40,267 nt of DNA, taken from positions 1 through 40,267 of the forward strand of contig JAZFRU010000270.1 of assembly GCA_036445815.1 (NCBI GenBank), in the 5' to 3' direction. Every line of letters starts with the position of its first letter. The first letter of the stretch is position 1. A model generated the notes under the pieces. The model was not told the DNA's origin, ran no database searches, and saw only the letters and a list, made by a program, of their open reading frames with translations. Positions 34,764-40,267 of this stretch are shown piece after piece. The stretch is from Acidobacteriota bacterium (GTDB lineage Bacteria; Acidobacteriota; UBA6911; RPQK01; JADFOI01). The position numbers and the translations under genes are program-made.

Positions 34764-35605
34764 TGTGCCTCCCAGGGCTTCGGTTGCAGCACGTACCGCC
34801 CTTCTTCCCTGGATAAGTATCCCAGAGGAAAGTCGTGATCATGTTCCAGAAAAAGGAGCCATTTCTCTTCCACGGCCTGCTGATAGATTCTCTTCCGAAC
34901 CTGGAGCGTGGTCACAGGAAAAAGATCATAGCCCATGATCCAGGGGAGAGGAACGTGAGCAGATGTGGGACATAGGTCTGCGATGAAAAACATCACCTGA
35001 TCCTCCGACTGGATCTTGACGGAATAATGCCCCGCAGTATGGCCCGGGGTATGAACCAACTTCACCCCGGGAACGACCTCTGGTTCATCATCAAACAGGT
35101 GCAACAACCCTCTCTCCTCCAAAGGTCTCCAGTTATGAGGGAAATAGGTGGCCGCAGTGCGCTCATTGGGCTGATTGGCATCTTCGTACTCCCGGCGAGA
35201 GATCCAATATCTAGCTCGAGGAAATGTGGGAACGACCTCATCTCCCTGGTAACAGGTATTTCCCCCACTGTGGTCGAAGTGAAAGTGCGTGTTCAGAACG
35301 ATGTCGATATCAGCTGGTTCAAGAGAGACCCGTCCCAGTTCCTGCAAGAGATTCGTCTCATGTTCAATTCGGTAAATTTGAATCTCTTTTTTGGAGTACT
35401 TGGAGCCACAACCGGTATCAATCAGGATGTTCTTCTCACCGTTCTGGATGAGAAGACAGTTGAGACCCAACCGGATACGATTTTGTGAGTCGGGAGGTGT
35501 TTTCTTCTGCCAGAGGTTCTTGGGTACGACTCCAAACATCGCCCCGCCATCCAGCCAGAGAGTGCCATCGGAGATGAGGTGCAACTGAAACTGGCCCCAC
35601 TTCAC
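34760..35605 (-). CDS. MBL-fold metallo-hydrolase
   Basis: 281 aa. The HxHxDH motif appears as THFHFDHSGG. The gene has 4-nt overlaps with both neighbours. Confidence 0.8.
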   Translation of the reverse strand: MKWGQFQLHLISDGTLWLDGGAMFGVVPKNLWQKKTPPDSQNRIRLGLNCLLIQNGEKNILIDTGCGSKYSKKEIQIYRIEHETNLLQELGRVSLEPADIDIVLNTHFHFDHSGGNTCYQGDEVVPTFPRARYWISRREYEDANQPNERTAATYFPHNWRPLEERGLLHLFDDEPEVVPGVKLVHTPGHTAGHYSVKIQSEDQVMFFIADLCPTSAHVPLPWIMGYDLFPVTTLQVRKRIYQQAVEEKWLLFLEHDHDFPLGYLSREEGRYVLQPKPWEAQ

Positions 35606-36024
35606 GACGCCTCCTCCGAAAGATGCTGGGAAAGCTCAACCAAAACACCTCCGGTTGAGTCGGGATGAATAAAAGCGACCAAACGATTTCCTGCACCTGA
35701 ACGCGGCTTTTCATCAATGAGCTTGATGTTTCGTTCCTTCAACATCTCCAGATGCTTTGCCAGGTCCTCGACTTCAAAAGTGAGGTGATGGAGCCCCTCT
35801 CCACGCGCCTCCAGGGAACGATGGACCGGAGAATCGATGTCAGTCGGTTCAATGAGTTCGATCGCTGAATCACCGACCGCCATCACTGCCACCCTGACCT
35901 TCTGGTCCTCGACGACTTCAATGATGTCTACCTCCAGACCGAGACTCTTGTAGAATTCCGAGGTCACGGCGATGGAACGTGTGGCGATCCCGACGTGTGC
36001 GATTTTCTTGACCCGGTTACTCAC
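35602..36024 (-). CDS. mce: Methylmalonyl-CoA epimerase (VOC/glyoxalase family)
   Basis: The start is set at GTG 36024 (VSNRVKKIAHVGIA...), which has GAGGAGG 6 nt upstream. IAHVGIA...AIELIEP......H.....G.GLHHL.F.V.D are MCE-like motifs. The gene is adjacent to meaB. Confidence 0.8.
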   Translation of the reverse strand: MSNRVKKIAHVGIATRSIAVTSEFYKSLGLEVDIIEVVEDQKVRVAVMAVGDSAIELIEPTDIDSPVHRSLEARGEGLHHLTFEVEDLAKHLEMLKERNIKLIDEKPRSGAGNRLVAFIHPDSTGGVLVELSQHLSEEAS

Positions 36025-36943
36025 GACACTCCTCCTCAAGGCCCAGCACACTCAACAATTGCTCCACGATGGTATAGGGATCCAACTCTCTGGTCATCAT
36101 TTTTTCAGCGTACTGATCCAATGTTTCACTGGGCATTTTTTCCAGGATCGTTTCGGTTAAACGACTCTGTAAAAGCTGGCAAAGCTGTTCACGACACCAG
36201 GAAATATCCCGGCCTTTCAGACTCCCTGACTCACCCAGAAGACTGCGATACTTCTGAATGGCATCCGCGAGTTCGCCAAGCCCTTCCCCCTCGGTGGCGA
36301 CGGTCTTGATAATGGGCGGCGTCCAGCCATCGCTTCGACCACTCGCGATGGACAACAACTCCTGAAGATCTTTCTCTACGGCAGAGACTCCCTGACGGTC
36401 CGCCTTGTTCACGACATAAATATCTCCAATTTCCATGATCCCAGCCTTGAACGCCTGAATGTCATCACCCATTCCCGGAACCAGCATCAACAAAGTTGCA
36501 TGGGCCGTTTTGACAATTTCCACCTCGTCTTGCCCCACGCCTACGGTTTCAACGATCAGAAATTCAAAGCCTGCAGCATCCAGAATCATCAAGGTTTCAT
36601 CGACAGCAGCCGAGAGTCCCCCCAGGTGGCCACGCGTGGCCATGCTGCGGATAAAAACCCTGGGGTCGGTAAACAGTGACTGCATTCGCACGCGATCACC
36701 CAGAATCGCTCCTCCCGAGAAAGGCGAGGTGGGATCCACCAGGATGATTCCGACCTTGACTCCAGAAGCCGCATAGTGCCGAGCCAGCTGATCGACCAAA
36801 GTGCTTTTTCCCGTGCCTGGACTTCCCGTCACTCCGATCACAAAGGACCGACCGGTATGAGGAAACAGTTCCTTGAGAAACCGAGTCAACTCCCGTCCGG
36901 TGGTATTTTCCACCTGGGTGATGGCACGGGCGACGGCACGCAC
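36017..36943 (-). CDS. meaB: Methylmalonyl-CoA mutase-associated GTPase MeaB/ArgK
   Basis: P-loop GVTGSPGTGKST and the NKAD motif (VVNKADR). The first canonical start is GTG 36943. The conserved N-terminal helix seems to begin upstream of it; see the finding at 36944-37012. Confidence 0.85.
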   Translation of the reverse strand: MRAVARAITQVENTTGRELTRFLKELFPHTGRSFVIGVTGSPGTGKSTLVDQLARHYAASGVKVGIILVDPTSPFSGGAILGDRVRMQSLFTDPRVFIRSMATRGHLGGLSAAVDETLMILDAAGFEFLIVETVGVGQDEVEIVKTAHATLLMLVPGMGDDIQAFKAGIMEIGDIYVVNKADRQGVSAVEKDLQELLSIASGRSDGWTPPIIKTVATEGEGLGELADAIQKYRSLLGESGSLKGRDISWCREQLCQLLQSRLTETILEKMPSETLDQYAEKMMTRELDPYTIVEQLLSVLGLEEECRE

Positions 36944-37009
36944 CTCCCCATCAAGAATCTCCTGAATCTGCTGTGAATGTTTAATGGCGATGGCTTTCTT
37001 TGTTCTTCT

Positions 37010-38149
37010 TTATGCCAGCAATTCTCTGGAGATGACCATGCGCTGAATCTCACTCGTTCCTTCTCCGATAGTGCCCAGCTTAGCATCTCGCCAGTACTTT
37101 TCCGCCGGATATTCTTTGGTGTATCCGTATCCTCCGTGGATCTGAATCGCCTGCTCAGACACCCACACCGCCGTTTCCCCCGCATACAGTTTCGCCATGG
37201 AGGAAAGTCTCGGCACCACCGACTGCTGCTGCTTCGTCCAGGCTGCTTCGTAGGTGAGCAGGCGTGAAGCCTCTATGCGGGTGGCCATTTCAGCCAGCTT
37301 CCATTGGATGGCCTGAAATTCCGAAATCTTCTGGCCAAACTGTTCCCGTTCTCTGGCATACTTCAAGCTGCAGTCCAGGGCCCCCTGGGCAATTCCCAGA
37401 GACATGGCGGCAATACTGATTCTTCCACCATCGATAACCCTCAGGGCATCGGTCAAGCCCTCCCCTTCTCGCCCTAACAGATTCCCCTCCGGCACCCGGC
37501 AGTCATCCAGGGCCAGAGACGCCGTTTCACTGGATCTGCAGCCCAGTTTGTTCTCTTTTTTTCCAGGCACGAGGCCTGCGGAATTCTTCTCAACGATAAA
37601 AGCGGACAGACCATGCTTGCCTTGATCTGGATCCGTGACCGCCAGAATCACATACACATCAGCCGAGCGTCCATGGGTACAAAAGCTCTTGGTGCCATTC
37701 AAGACCCATGATCCCGCTTCTTTGACCGCACGGGTCCGAGTACTGGCCGCATCACTTCCCGATCCCGGTTCGGTCAGGGCCCATGCTCCCAGCGCCTGCC
37801 CACTGGCCAACGGTCTCAGATAGGCCTCCTTCTGCTCTTCGTTCCCGATTAAATCGATGTGATTGACGCACAGGGAATTGTGGGCCGCGACCGACAGGGC
37901 CAGGGAGCCGTCGATACGGGAGAGTTCCTCCATCACGATCACGTATTCGGGATAACCGAGCCCTGCGCCCCCGTAATCGGGTTCTACAATCGCCCCCATC
38001 ATGCCCAGCTCCCCCAGCTGCTTCAGAGTTTCTATCGGGAATTCTTGCTTCTCATCCCACTCCAGGACATGAGGGGCGATTTCTTTGAGAGCAAAGTCGC
38101 GGATGGTCTCTCGCAGGATTATTTGCTCTTGAGTGTACCCATAACCCAC
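37010..38149 (-). CDS. Acyl-CoA dehydrogenase
   Basis: 379 aa. LTEPGSGSDA and the C-terminal QIHGGYGY..EYP.E...RDAK...I.EGT.EI are ACAD hallmarks. The start is GTG. Confidence 0.88.
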   Translation of the reverse strand: MGYGYTQEQIILRETIRDFALKEIAPHVLEWDEKQEFPIETLKQLGELGMMGAIVEPDYGGAGLGYPEYVIVMEELSRIDGSLALSVAAHNSLCVNHIDLIGNEEQKEAYLRPLASGQALGAWALTEPGSGSDAASTRTRAVKEAGSWVLNGTKSFCTHGRSADVYVILAVTDPDQGKHGLSAFIVEKNSAGLVPGKKENKLGCRSSETASLALDDCRVPEGNLLGREGEGLTDALRVIDGGRISIAAMSLGIAQGALDCSLKYAREREQFGQKISEFQAIQWKLAEMATRIEASRLLTYEAAWTKQQQSVVPRLSSMAKLYAGETAVWVSEQAIQIHGGYGYTKEYPAEKYWRDAKLGTIGEGTSEIQRMVISRELLA

Positions 38150-38161
38150 GCCCTCATCTTA

Positions 38162-38373
38162 CCGGATTGTGGGAGAGGAAGTCAGCTGGTCAGCGCTTCG
38201 ACCCTTCGGGCCTCGCGCGTTTCGCGTTTCAGGTTTAACGTTTCACGAAAAGCAAGAAAAGCCACTCACACAACGGCTCTCCGGAATCGGCAAGGGACTT
38301 CATTCTTCCGTTCGTGAAACCTGAAACATTAAACGTTAAACGCACTGGTCGAAGGCCAGCGCTCGGTCAGGGG
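38162..38373. repeat. Composite heptamer-array element, copy E (short form) plus an inverted core fragment
   Basis: CCGGATTGTGGGAG (38162-38175) is the exact reverse complement of 31092-31105 in copy D. The remaining parts are: GTTTCGC GTTTCAG GTTTAAC GTTTCAC (38219-38246); a 67-nt spacer; GTGAAAC CTGAAAC ATTAAAC GTTAAAC (38314-38341); near-palindrome GCACTGGTC-GAA-GGCCAGCGC (38342-38362); and TCGGTCAGGGG (38363-38373), directly abutting the DegT stop. Confidence 0.85.
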
Positions 38374-39540
38374 TCAGGGTAGTAACTTCAAGAGTTCCGT
38401 ACACACGTAGTCCACCTGCGCTTCAGTCATGTGCGGGAACATGGGAAGGGAAAGAATCGATTCTGCAGCAGTCTCCGCTTCGGGAAAATCCCCCTCTTGA
38501 TATCCCAGATAACGGTATCCTTCTTGAAGGTGAAGCGAAATCGGATAGTGCAGTCCGGTTTGTATTTCACGATCAGACAGGGCCTGGCTGATGCGCAGCC
38601 GATCGGGCACCCTCACCACAAAGACATGATAGACGTGCCTTCGCCCGGCCGGTTCGACGGGCAGGACAACACGATCATCCTGGAGCCTTTCCAGATACCA
38701 CCCGGCCGCCCTTCTCCGCCCCTCATTCCAGTCATCCAATCTGGGCAATTTGGCATTCAGAACCGCACACTGCAACGCATCCAGCCTGATGTTCCATCCG
38801 CGCGATGAGGTGTAAACATATTTTTCACTCTGGCCGTGGTCGCGCCACACCCGCATCTTGCGATCCTTTTCAGGATCATCGGTCACGACCGCTCCACCAT
38901 CCCCCATGGCTCCCAGGTTTTTACCGGGATAGAAGCTGAACGCACCGGCTTCCCCGAAGGTTCCGACCTGTTTCTCCTGACCGTTCATCGAGTAGAGAGC
39001 ACCATGAGCCTGAGCGGCATCCTCAATGACCTTCAAGCGAAACCGATCGGCCAGCGCCAGAATCGGCGTCAGTTCCACCGGCAGGCCATAAAGGTGAACG
39101 GGGAGCACGGCAGTAACCCGGCGGTTGGACTGTTTATTCACCAGCTGGCCGTCGGGCTGAACTTGGCACTTTTGTTCCAGGAACTCAGCAAGCCGACTGA
39201 CCGACAGGTTGTAGGTGTCCTTGTCGATATCGACGAAAACGGGGTGGGCTCCCACTGCAATGACGGCTTCAATGGTGGCGACAAAGGTATGGGGAACGGT
39301 GATAACCTCTTCATCCGGCCCCACGCCGGCCGCCATGAGGGCCAGTTTCAGAGCATCGGTACCACTGGCACAGGACACCGCAAAGCGAGCTCCGCAGTAA
39401 CTCGCAAAGTTCTCTTCAAATGTCTTGACATAGGGCCCCCCGATGAAACTGGACTGATCGATAATCTCGGCAATGAGAGTATCGACTTCCACCCGTACTT
39501 CCCGATGGAGGGCCCCGAGATCAGCAAAAGGTACCTTCAT
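38374..39540 (-). CDS. DegT/DnrJ/EryC1/StrS family PLP-dependent aminotransferase
   Basis: 388 aa. The N-terminus ...F.....E..FA.YCGA.FAV.C.SGT.AL.LAL and the overall length are typical of sugar aminotransferases. Confidence 0.85.
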   Translation of the reverse strand: MKVPFADLGALHREVRVEVDTLIAEIIDQSSFIGGPYVKTFEENFASYCGARFAVSCASGTDALKLALMAAGVGPDEEVITVPHTFVATIEAVIAVGAHPVFVDIDKDTYNLSVSRLAEFLEQKCQVQPDGQLVNKQSNRRVTAVLPVHLYGLPVELTPILALADRFRLKVIEDAAQAHGALYSMNGQEKQVGTFGEAGAFSFYPGKNLGAMGDGGAVVTDDPEKDRKMRVWRDHGQSEKYVYTSSRGWNIRLDALQCAVLNAKLPRLDDWNEGRRRAAGWYLERLQDDRVVLPVEPAGRRHVYHVFVVRVPDRLRISQALSDREIQTGLHYPISLHLQEGYRYLGYQEGDFPEAETAAESILSLPMFPHMTEAQVDYVCTELLKLLP

Positions 39541-39563
39541 ACTCGTTGGTTCCAGGAGAAAGT

Positions 39564-40076
39564 CTAGTCGCCGTCGGCCGAGAACTGGGCGGTCAGGCGA
39601 TAGGTGCCCCAGGTGATCACCAGCTTCGAGGGACCGTCGCTCCCTTCCAGGTCCAGGGTGAGCTGCTCCACATGAGGGTGTCCGTCCTCGAACGTCAAGG
39701 GAACCGTCGCCAATGTTTCCTTGGGTGTGAAATTGTCTCCAACCGACTTACACACCACCAATTGCCAACTGCCGGGCTCCAACATGTGGGCCAGCAAGAT
39801 GTAGGACCCCGCCGGAACGGGACTGTCTCCAAAACGAAGAGAGGTCTCGGTTTCCAACACCGTGTTGGTGTCGGCCCCCAGTCTCCAATAACTTCCGGGG
39901 CGCATCATCGCCATCATGTCTCGTCCATGGGTACTGGGACGCCCATATTCGATGACGACCTCTCGCTCGCCCAATGCGGTTTCTCCCCGGGTATTGGGTC
40001 CCCGCTGGGAAAAGACGGCCGGAAGGCCCAGGACGAATCCCACCAGGAGAATAGCTGTCACTACTTTGTTGTTCAT
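39564..40076 (-). CDS. DUF2911-like secreted protein
   Basis: The start is set at the ATG giving MNNKVVTAILLVGFVLGLPAVFSQ, a signal peptide, with GGAGG 4 nt upstream. YGRPS..GRDM......G..WRLGAD..T.L.T....FGD..VPAG.Y resembles DUF2911. The family call is from memory only. Confidence 0.5.
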   Translation of the reverse strand: MNNKVVTAILLVGFVLGLPAVFSQRGPNTRGETALGEREVVIEYGRPSTHGRDMMAMMRPGSYWRLGADTNTVLETETSLRFGDSPVPAGSYILLAHMLEPGSWQLVVCKSVGDNFTPKETLATVPLTFEDGHPHVEQLTLDLEGSDGPSKLVITWGTYRLTAQFSADGD

Positions 40077-40267
40077 GTTGCCTCCGATGTATACAGGTCT
40101 CATAAGCCATACTTCAACCTTGAATCTGAATTGAGTAATGATCATAATGTCCCCTTGCTAGGAAGTCCATCCACTCAGAATCTCAAGAAAACTCTCGCCA
40201 GACCTCGAACCGGGCATTTCGCGTCCCGCTTCAACCGGCATACACCAAGGTACTCCATGAACAAACC

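Noticed and set aside
1-40267. I looked for defence systems, toxin-antitoxin pairs, integrases or transposases, phage genes, and rRNA/tRNA genes across the whole window.
   Set aside because: None of the ORFs of 60 aa or more has motifs of these classes. The gene content and synteny (glyQS-recO, leuS-lptE-holA, pssA-psd, meaB-mce) are those of a core chromosomal region. The accessory content is confined to the non-coding repeat elements.

Overview
This is a chromosomal, mostly housekeeping window from a diderm bacterium (an LptE lipoprotein gene is present). It holds about 38 protein genes, most on the minus strand in tight runs that often overlap by 4 nt. In order they are:
- a 5'-partial amidohydrolase, a UbiD-family decarboxylase preceded by an untracked 54-aa zinc-ribbon ORF, an S45 penicillin/AHL acylase, and an FHA-GAF-PP2C phosphatase
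- inositol-3-phosphate synthase, glyS-glyQ-recO-mgtE, pssA-psd, a DUF465 protein, ddl-arginase, rpsT, and holA-lptE-leuS
- dcd, an HU/IHF protein, an M50 protease broken in a G7 run, and a multi-CxxC protein
- a streptogramin-lyase-like propeller, a zinc-ribbon membrane protein, a beta-lactamase-like hydrolase, an M32 carboxypeptidase, NamZ/DUF1343, and a TPR protein
- an acd-meaB-mce-MBL-mtnP-pfkB run, a DegT aminotransferase, and a DUF2911 protein

I found no rRNA, tRNA, CRISPR array, transposase, integrase or recognisable defence gene.

The unusual content is non-coding. Six intergenic spacers (about 15.9, 18.3, 22.8, 25.3, 31.1 and 38.2 kb) are filled by related modular repeat elements. 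Their parts are:
- inverted arrays of tandem heptamers (GTTCCAC/GTTTCAC facing GTGGAAC/GTGAAAC)
- a 21-nt palindrome, GCGCTGGTC-NNN-GACCAGCGC
- a CGGTCAG(GGG) end motif that abuts or contains stop codons
- a variable structured core

One copy carries a second module nested exactly in a hairpin loop. The stand-alone copy of that module contains an intact 53-codon ORF ending 3 nt before the arginase ATG. I cannot place this family in any repeat, MITE or RNA class I know, and it is the main candidate for something undescribed. All calls rest on reading the sequence and on remembered family motifs. No database search was run.
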